Below, piece after piece: positions 39,625 through 50,408 of a DNA stretch of 64,000 nucleotides. A program made the translations under genes and the position numbers. Origin of the DNA: Ostreococcus lucimarinus (lineage: Eukaryota); assembly GCA_000092065.1 (NCBI GenBank), contig CP000596.1. One strand, 5' to 3'. The notes beneath the pieces were generated by a model that was not told the DNA's origin, made no database searches, and saw only the letters and a list, made by a program, of their open reading frames with translations. How positions within the stretch are numbered: the stretch's first letter is position 1; every line of letters starts with the position of its first letter.

Positions 39625-42600
39625 GTCGCGACGCGTCGCGGACGCGCGGCCGGCGCGCGGCGTCGAGCGCGACGAAATGCCGCCGCCGCCATTTCGCGAC
39701 GCATCGTCGACGCGCGCGATGGCGCTCTTCGCGCCGTATCGCGCGCTCGGCCTCGTGAACGCGCAGCGAGGATGCGCGCTCGTCGTCAAGCGGCGCGGGA
39801 CGGAGACGTTCGTCACGGTGAGCGCGGAGGACGCGTTCGCGGTGTACGACGCGCGAAAACTCACATTGGTCTTTCGAAGCGCGCGGTTCGCGACGAGCGA
39901 CGCGCGAGGGATCGGGGCGATGGCGGTGAGGAAGGATTACACGTTTTGCGCGATCGGACGGGAGATAAGGTGCGCGAAACGATTGGCGGAGTGCTGCGAA
40001 GGACTGGGGCGGGACGACGGCTCGGGACACGACGCGCGGGTGACGACGCTGCACGCGTTCGGACGACACTTGGCGAGCGTGGACGAAAATGGGGCGGTGA
40101 AGATGTGGGACATCGATGATGACGCCATGCGGGCGCGCGAGCGGGCGTGGGCGGTGGGACGAGGAGAACCGACGGGGCCGGAGGGCGAGAGCGACTCGGA
40201 GCTCGAGCTCGGCGCGCGAGCGATGGAGATGCCTCGGACGTTCGCGGCGACGACGGTGTGTCATCCCGATGGATACGTGGATAAGTTACTGTTTGGCTCG
40301 AGCGATGGGCGATTGGCGCTGATGAACGTGCGAGCGGGTAAATTGGTGCACGAATTTGCGGGCTGGGGGTCGGCGGTGACGGCGCTGGAGAACTCGCCGG
40401 CGACGGATGTCGTCGCCGTCGGTTTGGCGGATGGGCGCGTGCTTTTGGTGAACGTATTAGAAGATAAAGTTTTGTTTACGCTCACGCCCGAGCGTGGGGT
40501 AAAGGTGACGGCGCTGGCGTTTAGAACGGATGATCAGGACGACGTGCTGTGCGTCGGCGACGAAACGGGACGCGTGACGGTTTGGGATTTGGAAAAGCGC
40601 TCGTTGCGCACGCTCATCGTGCAATGTCACGAAGGTCCGGTGGTTTCGTTGAAATTTCTCGATGGACAACCGGTGATGGTGTCGAGTGGGTTCGATAACA
40701 CGTTGAAGGAGTGGATTTTTGATAGAGAAGACGGCGACGCTCGACTCTTGCGCTTTCGCGCCGGACACTCCAAGCCGCCGACGAGCGTGTCGTTCTACGG
40801 TGAAGGCAAGAAACTTTTAGCGGCTGGGAGCGATCGAACGTTGCGATTTTTTCACGCGTTTCGTGATCAGCAAAACATCGAGTTGAGCCAAAAGAATGTC
40901 AGCAAGCGCGCGAAGAAAATCGGCGTCGCGGAGGAAGAGTTGAAACTTTCTCCGGTTACGAAGATGGCGTGGGGCGAGCTTCGCGAGCGCGATTGGGCAA
41001 ACGTCGTCACCGCGCACGAAGGTTCAAACAAGGCGTACACGTGGCGTATTTCCAAAGGTGCGCTCGGTGAACACATTTTGCAATGTCCGAAGGACGACGG
41101 CAAGTGCGAAGTCAAGTCGGTTGCGATTAGCGCGTGCGGCAACTTTGCCTTTCTCGGTGCCGCAAACGGGGCGATCCATCGATTCAACTTGCAATCGGGC
41201 GCGCATCGTGGCGCGTTCGAGCGCGTCCTCGACGCTGATGAGGTGATGCGCACAAAGAAGAAGAAGAACGGAAACGAAGGGTACAATTTCCCCGGCGGCA
41301 AGCGTTCGTTTTGGGCTCTCGCGAATCAAACCGGTGGAAACGCAGAGGGAAAATTGCGCGTTGCCGCGCACGACGGTGAAGTGACGTGCATACAAGCACA
41401 CTGCGCGAATAGAAGCGTCGTCACCGCGGGTGTCGACGGGATGATTCGCGTGTGGAAATTTAGCGAGTTGAAGATTGACTTGGAAATCGACGTCGGGTGC
41501 GGCGTGCGGTGCGGTCACTTGCACGAGGACTCATTGCTCGTCGTTGGATGCGCTGATAAGCACGTGCGCGTATACGATACCATGACGGGTAAACGTGTTC
41601 GCACGTTCAAGCCACGCGGTCAGGAAAATGAGGCTGGAGATATCACGAGCGTGCAAATCAGTGAAAACGGTAAATGGATCTTCGTCCTCGACACCACCGG
41701 AACGATACGAGTGTACGATATTCCCGCCGCGAGATTGATTCAACACATGATTCTCGGTGCGGATAAAGTCACCGCCATGAGCTTTTCACCGCGAATGGAC
41801 TTTTTAGCCACCGTGCACGAGAACAGGGTCGGGTTGTATTTGTGGGTGAACATGCCGATGTTTGATTACGACACCAAATTGGCGTACGGGCGCAAAGTTT
41901 CCATCGCACTTCCGAGAAAACACGCGGAATCCGACGCAGACGGCGGCGTGCGCGATGCGTCTGAGGAGACGAACAAGGAGTCCAACGATACCGACGTGTA
42001 CATTCACCCGTTCGAAGAAGACGAAGAAGAAGAGCATCGCAATTTGCAAGAGTTGGAAGAATATTTCAAAGAAATGGCCACCGGCCCGAAACAAATAGCC
42101 CCTGGCATGATTACTCTGGCGATGATGCCTCAGACGCAAATCGAAATGCTACTGAATCTGGAGACGGTGCAAGCGAAGAGTAAGGTGAAGACCGATGACA
42201 AAGAACCGGAATTGGCGCCGTTCTTTCTGCCCACAGCCGCCGCGAGCGACGACGTGCGTCGATCTGTCTTCGATCCCGCGCGAGAATCCGAGCTCAACGC
42301 CAAAGACGACACCGGCGATGATGATTCCAAAGCACCGAAGAGTCGAATTTTGCGTCAAGGCGCGGATCTCGCCGGCGCGTCCGCGACGCCGCTCTTGACG
42401 TTGATTCTTCGAGGAGAACGATCGGAGGACTACACCGAAGCGCTCGAATTCTTGAAGAATGCGTCGATACACGTCGTCGACGCCGAGCTGCGATCGCTCG
42501 GACCTTGGGATCACAAGTTCATGTCCGAGGACGACGTGAAAACTTTGCGGAGCGCCATCAAATTTTTCACCGCCGCAATCGCGAGCGGCATGTACTACGA

Positions 42601-42787
42601 GATGGTCAACGCCCAACTCAACGTGTTTCTCAACGTGCACACCACCGCGATCATGCAATCCAGCGCGCTCGTCGACGAGTGTCACGCCCTGCGAGAGGCC
42701 ATGCACAAATCCTACAGCAGGATCGACGATTTGTTCAACGAAATTCGGTGCACGCTCAGTTTCCACATCGGCGACGCCGGCGTCTAG
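39623..42787 (+). CDS. UTP21: UTP21/WDR36 WD-repeat U3 snoRNP (SSU processome) protein
   Basis: 1054 aa. N-terminal ALFAPYRALGLV box typical of WDR36/Utp21. Multiple WD40 repeats. C-terminal Utp21 domain. The ATG at 39623 overlaps the Torsin ATG (CATG); the true start could be Met18 or Met33. Confidence 0.85.
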   Translation: MSRRVADARPARGVERDEMPPPPFRDASSTRAMALFAPYRALGLVNAQRGCALVVKRRGTETFVTVSAEDAFAVYDARKLTLVFRSARFATSDARGIGAMAVRKDYTFCAIGREIRCAKRLAECCEGLGRDDGSGHDARVTTLHAFGRHLASVDENGAVKMWDIDDDAMRARERAWAVGRGEPTGPEGESDSELELGARAMEMPRTFAATTVCHPDGYVDKLLFGSSDGRLALMNVRAGKLVHEFAGWGSAVTALENSPATDVVAVGLADGRVLLVNVLEDKVLFTLTPERGVKVTALAFRTDDQDDVLCVGDETGRVTVWDLEKRSLRTLIVQCHEGPVVSLKFLDGQPVMVSSGFDNTLKEWIFDREDGDARLLRFRAGHSKPPTSVSFYGEGKKLLAAGSDRTLRFFHAFRDQQNIELSQKNVSKRAKKIGVAEEELKLSPVTKMAWGELRERDWANVVTAHEGSNKAYTWRISKGALGEHILQCPKDDGKCEVKSVAISACGNFAFLGAANGAIHRFNLQSGAHRGAFERVLDADEVMRTKKKKNGNEGYNFPGGKRSFWALANQTGGNAEGKLRVAAHDGEVTCIQAHCANRSVVTAGVDGMIRVWKFSELKIDLEIDVGCGVRCGHLHEDSLLVVGCADKHVRVYDTMTGKRVRTFKPRGQENEAGDITSVQISENGKWIFVLDTTGTIRVYDIPAARLIQHMILGADKVTAMSFSPRMDFLATVHENRVGLYLWVNMPMFDYDTKLAYGRKVSIALPRKHAESDADGGVRDASEETNKESNDTDVYIHPFEEDEEEEHRNLQELEEYFKEMATGPKQIAPGMITLAMMPQTQIEMLLNLETVQAKSKVKTDDKEPELAPFFLPTAAASDDVRRSVFDPARESELNAKDDTGDDDSKAPKSRILRQGADLAGASATPLLTLILRGERSEDYTEALEFLKNASIHVVDAELRSLGPWDHKFMSEDDVKTLRSAIKFFTAAIASGMYYEMVNAQLNVFLNVHTTAIMQSSALVDECHALREAMHKSYSRIDDLFNEIRCTLSFHIGDAGV

Positions 42788-42934
42788 TCCCGCGGCGACC
42801 CCACCGGCGCCGATCGCGCCACCGCGAACGTGTAAATCAAAACAAGCGTTTCAACGCCATCTCACGCGCTTCGCGTTCGTCCACCATCCGTCCCGCGTCG
42901 TCGTCTTCGCTCGCCGCACTCCCCGCCGCGTCCC

Positions 42935-43411
42935 ATGTCCGCCTTCGTCCCCGTTCCCGGCTGCGCCACGCGCTTCCGCGTCCTCAACCAGGCGCCGCCG
43001 TCCGCCCCCGTCGTCGAGCGCGGCGACGTCGTCGTCGTCCACGCCAAGGGCGTCGTCAAGGAGACGCAAAAGACGTTCTGGTCCACCAAGGACCCGGGAC
43101 AGAAACCGTTCGAGTACACCGCCGGCGTCGGCGGCGTCATCACCGGTGCGTCGCGCGCGTCGTCGTCGCTCGAGAACCGAGCGCTCGCGCGCCCGCGACG
43201 CGCGACGCCGCGCGACTGACGATGAACGATCGCGAATCGAATCGCCGCAGGCTGGGACCGCGGCTGCCTCGGCGCGCGCGTCGGCGAGACGCGCGAGCTC
43301 GACATTCCCGCGAGCGAGGGCTACGGCGCCGGAGGATTCCCGGCGTGGGGGATCCCGCCGAACGGCGCGCTCGTGTTCGAGATCGAGGTGCTCAGCGTGC
43401 GCGGAAAGTAG
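42935..43411 (+). CDS. FKBP12: FKBP12-type peptidyl-prolyl isomerase; exons 42935..43145 and 43251..43411
   Basis: Exon 1 encodes ...GDVVVVHAKGVVKETQKTFWSTKDPGQKPFEYTAGVGGVITG. Phase-1 GTGCGT donor. Exon 2 encodes WDRGCLGARVGETRELDIPASEGYGAGGFPAWGIPPNGALVFEIEVLSVRGK. The product aligns with the full FKBP12 domain, 123 aa. It is hidden inside the spurious N-terminal extension of the DDX11 track ORF. Confidence 0.8.
43146..43250 (+). other. Intron of the FKBP12 gene (105 nt)
   Basis: Donor GTGCGT. ACTGAC at 43215-43220, about 28 nt before the CAG acceptor at 43248-43250. Confidence 0.8.
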
Positions 43412-43536
43412 AGCGACGAGCGACGAGTAATCCGACGACGCGCCGAATGAATCAAACCGAACGAACGTCACCGCGCGACGCGCGCGATGCGGTGAGGCGC
43501 GGCGCGAGCCCGAACGAACGCGCGCGCACGCCGACG

Positions 43537-46209
43537 ATGCGCCGGGACGCGTTCCCGGCGTTCCCGTACGCGACGGCGTACGGAATACAAAAAGATCTCA
43601 TGCGACACATCTACGACGCGTGCGAGCGACGCGCGACGTTCGGCGCGTTCGAGAGCCCGACGGGCACGGGGAAGACGCTGAGCGTGTTGATCGCGGCGAT
43701 GTCGTGGATCGACGATCGACGACGGGCGCGGCTGGCGGGGACGAAGTTGGACGACGAGGACGACGGGCGGGACGGCGCGGGGGAGACGACGAAGAGCGCG
43801 GAGGACGACGAACCGGATTGGTTGCGAGAGTACGACGCGAAGCGAAGGAAAACAGACGCGGATGAGGTCGAACGAAGACGAGGGGAGATACGGCGGGAGA
43901 TGCGAGCGAGGGCGAAGACGGCGGAGACGCGCGCGCGGTTGCGGCGAGACGCGGAGACGCGGTTGAGAGAAAAGATTCGCGGCGGCGACGCGAGGGACTC
44001 CGCGGTGAAGAACGATGAGATCGATAAGCATACCGCGGAAGAGCGCGAGTTTTTAGCGGATGAGTACGACTCTGGGGCGGAAAATGCGAAGGAGGATTTG
44101 CGAACGTTGCTGCGAGACGGCGACGACGAGAGCGACGACGACGACGCGCACGCGGCGAAGGAGGAAGACGATGCGTTGCGTCCGGCACAGCAGGTAATTT
44201 TGTGCTCGCGGACGCACTCTCAGCTCACACAAGTGATTGGTGAGCTTAAGAGGACGGTATTCGGTGGGAGCGTGGCGAATGCGGAGGAACAAGTCGCCGT
44301 CGCCGCCGTCGCCGGTCGAGCGCAACTGTGCGTCAACCCGGCGGTGAAAAGCTTAGGCTCGGCGGCGCGAATCAACGAGCGTTGCTTGGACATGAGCAAA
44401 GGCAAGGCGAAGCCAGGGGAGAAGACGAAAATCAAGGCGTGTCCGTACTTGTCTAAGCGTCGAAAGGCGATGCTCGAGCTTAAAGAAGCGGCGTTGGCCA
44501 AGCCGATGGACATTGAAGATTTAGCCAAGCTCGGCGAGTCGAGTCGGGCGTGTCCGTATTACGCCGCTCGCTCGGCGTTACCGGAAGCGGACTTGGTGTT
44601 GATGCCCTACGCATCTTTGTTGCACGCGGACACGCGCGAGATTTTAGGCGTCAAGTTGGAGAATGCGGTGGTGGTTTTCGACGAGGCGCACAACTTGGTG
44701 GACGCCGTGCACAATTCATACGGCGCCGCGGTGACGCTCAACCAATTAAGCGACGTTAACGACATGCTCACCGAGTACGTCGAGCGATTCAAGACTCGTT
44801 TGAGCGCGAATAACTTGCGTTATCTGCGTACGTTGACCAACATAACGCGCGCGTTCGTGAAAGTCCTCGCGAAAGAGACGGAAGACGAGAGCAAACCTCA
44901 AAAACGATTGACGACGTTGAATGATTTCTTGTTTGAGTGCGGACAAGACACTGTGAATATGTTTAGCTTGCGAAGATACTTGAAGGAGAGTAAGGTAGCG
45001 CATAAGATCGCGTCGTATGGCGAGCGTGTGCGCTCGGGGGAGAACATGAGCGTCGACGGCGTCAAGATGGAAACCATCGGACGTACGAAAGTCGCCGTCG
45101 CGCCGGATCCAAATGCTGCCCCGCGCGTGGGCGCGGTGCACGCGTTGACGTCACTCATCGATGCGTTAGCGAGCGCGGATAGTGATGGTCGAATGATTTA
45201 CGAACGCGCCACGCCTGAAGGTGATCCCGCAACGCTTCGTTTTGTCCTGCTTGACGCCGCCAGCCGGTTCAAGCGCGTCGTCGAACAAGCGCGTTCGGTG
45301 ATTCTCGTCGGCGGAACGCTCGCGCCGATTCCCGAGCTCGTCGCCCAGCTCTTCCCAGATTTACAGTCGCAAACGGCTCCAGCACCGGGTGCTCGACAGC
45401 TCAAGACGTTCACGTGTGGGCACATCATACCCCGCGACAACTTGTTACCCATCGCCCTCTCCGCGGGTCCCACTGGCGTGGCGTTGGATTTCACGCACGG
45501 CGCTCGCGCTGACGTTTCCGTTATTGATGAACTCGGGAGAATCCTTCTCAACGCGTGCAGAGTCTCTCCTGGCGGAGCGTGTGTCTTCTTTCCGTCGTTC
45601 AAATACGCCGACGAAGTGTACGCGAGATGGGAGTCCACGGGCGCCATGGCGTCCATTCGCGGCGTCAAGGACGTGTATCGCGAACCGCGCGACGCGAGCA
45701 CTCTGGAGCAATGCTTGAGAGATTACGCGGCGTCAGTGAGCCGAGGCGCGAGTACGCGAAACGGCGGCGCGGTGTTGTTATGCGTCGTCGGAGGTAAGTT
45801 GAGCGAAGGCATCAACTTCAAGGATGAACTCGGTCGACTCGTCGTCATGGTCGGCTTGCCCTACGCCAACGTCGCCGACGCCGAGCTCAAGGCGCGCATG
45901 GACCATCTCGATACCGGTCCTGGGAACCAAGGACGCGGTCGCGCGTATTACGAAGCGTTGTGCATGCGAGGCGTCAATCAAAGCATCGGGCGCGCGATTC
46001 GTCACGTCGGCGATTACGCGTGCATTTTGCTCTGCGACAAGCGATGGGGCGCGTTTGGGAGCGCGACGAACGGCTCGCGCACCAAGGCGGCCAAAGCACT
46101 TCCAGAATGGATAGAACAACGACTTGTGGTGCCGCAGCGTAATTACGGTGAAGCGCACGGTCGCGTGGCACAATTCTTTCGCGCGCGCGAGGCGAAACAA
46201 GGACACTAG
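43537..46209 (+). CDS. DDX11: DDX11/ChlR1 (Chl1) Fe-S DNA helicase of the XPD/Rad3 superfamily
   Basis: 890 aa from ATG at 43537. N-terminal FPAFPYATAYGIQKDLM...ESPTGTGKTLS. DEAH box VVFDEAHNLVDAV. C-terminal helicase motifs LLCVVGGKLSEGINF and YYEALCMRGVNQSIGRAIRH. Confidence 0.85.
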   Translation: MRRDAFPAFPYATAYGIQKDLMRHIYDACERRATFGAFESPTGTGKTLSVLIAAMSWIDDRRRARLAGTKLDDEDDGRDGAGETTKSAEDDEPDWLREYDAKRRKTDADEVERRRGEIRREMRARAKTAETRARLRRDAETRLREKIRGGDARDSAVKNDEIDKHTAEEREFLADEYDSGAENAKEDLRTLLRDGDDESDDDDAHAAKEEDDALRPAQQVILCSRTHSQLTQVIGELKRTVFGGSVANAEEQVAVAAVAGRAQLCVNPAVKSLGSAARINERCLDMSKGKAKPGEKTKIKACPYLSKRRKAMLELKEAALAKPMDIEDLAKLGESSRACPYYAARSALPEADLVLMPYASLLHADTREILGVKLENAVVVFDEAHNLVDAVHNSYGAAVTLNQLSDVNDMLTEYVERFKTRLSANNLRYLRTLTNITRAFVKVLAKETEDESKPQKRLTTLNDFLFECGQDTVNMFSLRRYLKESKVAHKIASYGERVRSGENMSVDGVKMETIGRTKVAVAPDPNAAPRVGAVHALTSLIDALASADSDGRMIYERATPEGDPATLRFVLLDAASRFKRVVEQARSVILVGGTLAPIPELVAQLFPDLQSQTAPAPGARQLKTFTCGHIIPRDNLLPIALSAGPTGVALDFTHGARADVSVIDELGRILLNACRVSPGGACVFFPSFKYADEVYARWESTGAMASIRGVKDVYREPRDASTLEQCLRDYAASVSRGASTRNGGAVLLCVVGGKLSEGINFKDELGRLVVMVGLPYANVADAELKARMDHLDTGPGNQGRGRAYYEALCMRGVNQSIGRAIRHVGDYACILLCDKRWGAFGSATNGSRTKAAKALPEWIEQRLVVPQRNYGEAHGRVAQFFRAREAKQGH

Positions 46210-46282
46210 CGTTCGGGGCGCGGCGCTCCGTAGCATTTTTTAGGAATGATGATAGATTAGTGCGTATGCTTCGCGGTGCGTC

Positions 46283-47266
46283 TTATTCGTCGCTGTCGTC
46301 GTCGTCGTCGTTCGCGTCGCTCGTCCACAGCGTGAGATTGTCGCGCAAAAGCTGCATGATCAAGGTGGAATCCTTGTAAGATTCGTCCGTCAGCGTGTCC
46401 AAATCGGCGATGGCTTCCTCGAACGCCGTCTTGGCGAGTTCGCACGCCTTGGTCGAATCGTTGCCGATTTCGTAATGGAACACCGAGTGGTTGAGCGCCA
46501 AACCGAGTCGCACGGGGTGCGTCGGCGGTAATCCATCGGTCGAACCCTTCCCGTTCGCCATCGTCGTCGCCTCCGCGTACGCCTCGTCCGCGTTTTTACT
46601 CGCCTCTTCGCGTTCATCACCGCTCGAAACCTCGGCGAGGTAGCGATAGTAATCCGCCTTCATCTTCAGGTAAAACACCACGCTCTCCCCATCCCCCGAC
46701 GCCTTGCTCAACAATCGCCCGTCGAGCACCTCCAACACGTCGGCGCAAATATCCTTCAACTCCTTCTCCACGCGCGTTCGATACCCCCTCACCTTTTCCG
46801 CCTGCGCCTCGTGTCCCTTCCCTCGCTCCTTCTCCTCGATCGAGTTCAAGATTCTCCACGACCCGCGTCGCGCGCCGATCACGTTCTTGTACCCCACGCT
46901 CAGCATGTTTCGCTCATCCGTCGTGAGCGCGTCGACGCCCTCGAGCGCGCACAGCGCCCGCATCGCCTTCACTTGTTCTGCGTCCGCGTCGCGCGCCGCG
47001 TCGCGTCGATCCGTCAGTCGCCTCGTCCCGACGCGTCATCGCGCCCGCGCCGTTCGCACGCGTCGATCGCGTCGCGCGCGCGACGCGTCGATCCGCGACG
47101 CGCCGCGCGCGCCCGCGCGCGCCTCGACGCGATCGATCCTTCGTTCGTCCGTCGCGCCGTCGATCGCGCCGTCGATCGCGTCGGACGTCGACGCACCGTC
47201 GTGTCGCTCCGCCTGCTCGGCGAGTTTCGCCTCGAACACGCATCGCTGGCGCGCGTCGAGCGACAT
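46283..47266 (-). CDS. 14-3-3 protein; exons 47197..47266 and 46283..46977
   Basis: Exon 1 encodes [23 protein letters not shown], ending at a phase-1 GTGCGT donor. Exon 2 encodes (E)[13 protein letters not shown]...[23 protein letters not shown]...[19 protein letters not shown]. 254 aa with an acidic C-terminus. Confidence 0.9.
46978..47196 (-). other. Intron of the 14-3-3 gene (219 nt)
   Basis: Donor GTGCGT. gACTGAC about 35 nt upstream of the CAG acceptor. Confidence 0.85.
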
Positions 47267-47399
47267 GGCGCTTCGCTTCGCGACGCGACGCGACGCGCGA
47301 TGGCGCGCGACGCGGCGTCGCGACGCGCGTGTTTTTATCGATGACGGTCGGTCGTCGCGTGTGTACACGGCGTGAAAAACGCCGATCGCGAGACGCGCG

Positions 47400-50111
47400 A
47401 TGGTGGAAAAGGCGGGCGCGCGAAACGGCGTCCGCGTCAGCGCCGATGATCGAATGATGCGTCGCGACGCGACGACGCGACGCGGCGACTCGGCGCGCGC
47501 GATGGCGACGGACGCGCGCGCGAGGGCGACGCGCGCGGTGTATCTGCGCGAAACGGTGATCTCGAAGCTGCGATTGGCGCGGACGCTGAGCGATACCGCG
47601 GTGTATAAATCGTACGCGCGGCGGTCGGCATTGGCGATGAAGTACACGCTGACGATTTATGAGCAGCGGAAGATGCTGTTCTTGGCGGTGGCGCACGCGA
47701 TGGCGACGATGGTGGTGTGGTCGCACTTTTTCTTGGTCAAGTATCGCGCGACGGCGAAGGTGCCGCGCGGGGCGAATTTGTATTGGTGGAAGCGACTGAC
47801 GCCGCCGTTTGAGTTCGGGGCGATGCACGCGATTTTGTTTCAGATGGCGCTGCTGCCGCTGACGATGGCGCGACAGAGCGTGGCGGCGCTGTCGACGACG
47901 TCTTTCGGAAGGAAGTTTGTCCCGCTGCACAAAGTCGTGGCGATGCACATTCACCTCGGGTACGTCATGGTTTCTTTCGTGTTCGCGTCGACTATTTTGT
48001 TCTTCGTGTTCTTCGGACAAGGTTGCGCGCAGCAAAAGTCGGGTAAAGAGCCGACGCCGGGCGGGCAGCACACGTTTTGTCACAAGATGACGAGCGAAAT
48101 CATGGCCACCGGGTTGGCGATTATGGGATGCTTGCTGCTCGTCGCGGTGACGTCGTACGCGAGAAATCGAATCAAGTACGAGATCTTTTACTACGTTCAC
48201 CACTTCGTATTCATCATGTTTGCGCTCGCAATCGCGCACACGCTGGATGATAAGGCCCGACGCGGACAGGTGCGCTCGCAAAACTTTAAGTGGTTCTCCG
48301 CATCGCTCGTATGGTACTTGACGGACCGATTGCAAGCGTCGTTCAACATACGAGATTGTGACGTCGTGGAGTGCGTCGCGCTCGGTGACGACGAGCCGGA
48401 GTCACGTAAAGTGGTGCACTTGCGCATTGTGCGCCCGGAGACGTTCATTTTTCGTCCAGGTCAATATGTCTTTATCAACGATCGCAACATCGATTACACG
48501 TGGCATCCGTACTCGATTGCGTCGTCACCGCACGAGGATACGATTGACTTTTACATCGAAGTCATGTCGACGAGCAGAGTCGATGGCGCAAATAGCTGGA
48601 CGAATAAGCTCTGGCGCGACGCCCGGGATGGGTTTGTATCCAAAATGCGCATTAATGGACCGTATGGCACCGGATTTAACGACATCGACGACAAGACGGA
48701 AATCGTGGCCATCGGCGCCGGGACGGGCATCGTTCCGATGCTTTCCTTGGCGAAAGCCAAGGTGAACGAGTTCGTACGAATGAATGCTCAAGCGCGGTTG
48801 TCTGACTTGGCCGCCAGAGACGCCAAAAATCGCAAGTTCGCGGACAATTATTTCAAAGAGTCTTACACGCTGAAGGACTTCGTCTATAAACAGCTCGGCC
48901 TCGCGAAGAAGGAATCGAAGGCCAGCGAAATGTGGGCGAGTCGAAGCGTTCAAGACATATTTTTGCATAAGCAGTGCGCTTGGCGCGAAGCGAAGTTGCG
49001 AGAAGAAGGTGATAACGCCACGAAACGTCATTACGAGAGACTTCTCACGAAGAATGTCTTGCACGAAGTCGTGGACCTCACGCAAATCGGGTTCCCGCTG
49101 CTCGACTTAACCTCCATCGCGTTACTCCTTTCTTTCTCGAAAAACTTTGCAATCGCCACGCAAGCCATGCGAGAAGTCCCACTGTGGGCTTTCTTCGTAT
49201 GCCACTGCTATTTCTTCGTTCACTGGGTGTTCACCAGAATGAACGCCCCTATTTGGTGGATAGATCTCATCTTCAACGCCACGTCAACCGTGGCGTTCAC
49301 CGCCTGGTACAACTTGATTCGTGAAGATCGTAAGGAATGGAATGTCTACATGATTTGGGCGTTCGCCGCACTCTCGGTGTACCGAATCGCTCGAATCTCC
49401 AGTGACGTTCTCTTAACAGGCACTCCTGGCTCGCGCGCCGTCAACGCGTATCTCGAAAAAACGGGCGACGCGACGAGCGTGACTGAAAAGTTCACGCTCA
49501 TCTTCATGACGCCGCAGGTTGACTTCTGCCAAATCCTCTGGCGTGACTTGGACTCTCTTCATCAATCGATTACAAAGAATTATGGCGAGCAAGCTTCGCG
49601 TGTTTTCGACATTCAAGTCTATTGCACGTCGAGAGACTCGGCGGAAAACGAAGAATTGAAGAAGCGCGTCAAGGGCACTTCGCTCGGCGCCGCCGGCGCG
49701 CTTCATATGGAGCGCCCTGACTTGGACGAGATCACGTCTCGCCCCGTTCTTCAACAAGTGCTAAAGGATCAATTTACCGGAGAGGACAGACCATCGTTCA
49801 CGGCCAGCCTCGTCGCCTTTTGCGGCAGCACGCAGCTCGGTTCAAAAATTGCGCTCGCCGTCGTTCGCTCGAGAGCTCGCGTGAAAGCCTTCACCGAAAA
49901 TCACTCCATCGAGTTTCTTCAAGAAAACTACGGCCAAGCGACGCCCGCGAAAGATCGCGGTCGCGCCTCTTTCAAACAGGTCAGAGTCGAGCCTGCACCA
50001 ACTGTATCCGGCGTCGTCGGCAACATCGTAAACGTCGGCCGCGCCGCGGCCAACGTCGCCGCCGTCGCGCTCAAGACCGTCGGACCGAAGACGACGAAAA
50101 CGTCCAATTGA
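47400..50111 (+). CDS. NADPH oxidase / ferric-reductase (NOX/FRE) family flavocytochrome with an extra 4-TM insert inside the NADPH-binding domain
   Basis: 903 aa. Ferric-reductase TM domain with paired His (HKVVAMHIHLGY, YYVHHFVFIMFALAIAH). FAD motif HPYSIASSP. NADPH P-loop AIGAGTGIVPM. Then about 250 aa with four hydrophobic helices, before the C-terminal LVAFCGSTQLG (CGP-like) motif. Confidence 0.8.
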   Translation: MVEKAGARNGVRVSADDRMMRRDATTRRGDSARAMATDARARATRAVYLRETVISKLRLARTLSDTAVYKSYARRSALAMKYTLTIYEQRKMLFLAVAHAMATMVVWSHFFLVKYRATAKVPRGANLYWWKRLTPPFEFGAMHAILFQMALLPLTMARQSVAALSTTSFGRKFVPLHKVVAMHIHLGYVMVSFVFASTILFFVFFGQGCAQQKSGKEPTPGGQHTFCHKMTSEIMATGLAIMGCLLLVAVTSYARNRIKYEIFYYVHHFVFIMFALAIAHTLDDKARRGQVRSQNFKWFSASLVWYLTDRLQASFNIRDCDVVECVALGDDEPESRKVVHLRIVRPETFIFRPGQYVFINDRNIDYTWHPYSIASSPHEDTIDFYIEVMSTSRVDGANSWTNKLWRDARDGFVSKMRINGPYGTGFNDIDDKTEIVAIGAGTGIVPMLSLAKAKVNEFVRMNAQARLSDLAARDAKNRKFADNYFKESYTLKDFVYKQLGLAKKESKASEMWASRSVQDIFLHKQCAWREAKLREEGDNATKRHYERLLTKNVLHEVVDLTQIGFPLLDLTSIALLLSFSKNFAIATQAMREVPLWAFFVCHCYFFVHWVFTRMNAPIWWIDLIFNATSTVAFTAWYNLIREDRKEWNVYMIWAFAALSVYRIARISSDVLLTGTPGSRAVNAYLEKTGDATSVTEKFTLIFMTPQVDFCQILWRDLDSLHQSITKNYGEQASRVFDIQVYCTSRDSAENEELKKRVKGTSLGAAGALHMERPDLDEITSRPVLQQVLKDQFTGEDRPSFTASLVAFCGSTQLGSKIALAVVRSRARVKAFTENHSIEFLQENYGQATPAKDRGRASFKQVRVEPAPTVSGVVGNIVNVGRAAANVAAVALKTVGPKTTKTSN

Positions 50112-50408
50112 ACGGCCACCGCGCCGTGATCCCAAACGTCATTGTAAATTAATCATCTTGTAATTTTGCCATCTGCCCGCGCCCGCCCGCCGCTCTTCGC
50201 TCGACGCTCGACGCTCTTCGCCGCTCTTCGCTCTTCGCTCTTCGCGCCGCGAGTCGAGTCACCGACGTTCCGCGACGCGCGACGTCAAAACGCTCGATCG
50301 CATCGAAGCGCTCGATCGTCGCGAGGGCGTCGCGACGCGCGCGCGGCGTCGCATCGCGCCGACGCGAAATCCAACGGAATCCAACGGTGCGCGCTTAAAT
50401 CTCGTCGC

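Noticed and set aside
42505-43536. N-terminal 344 aa of the 1234-aa track ORF (Arg-rich, apparently fused to DDX11)
   Set aside because: DDX11 homology begins exactly at Met 43537. The upstream part is poly-Arg/Pro noise and overlaps a real FKBP12 gene in another frame.
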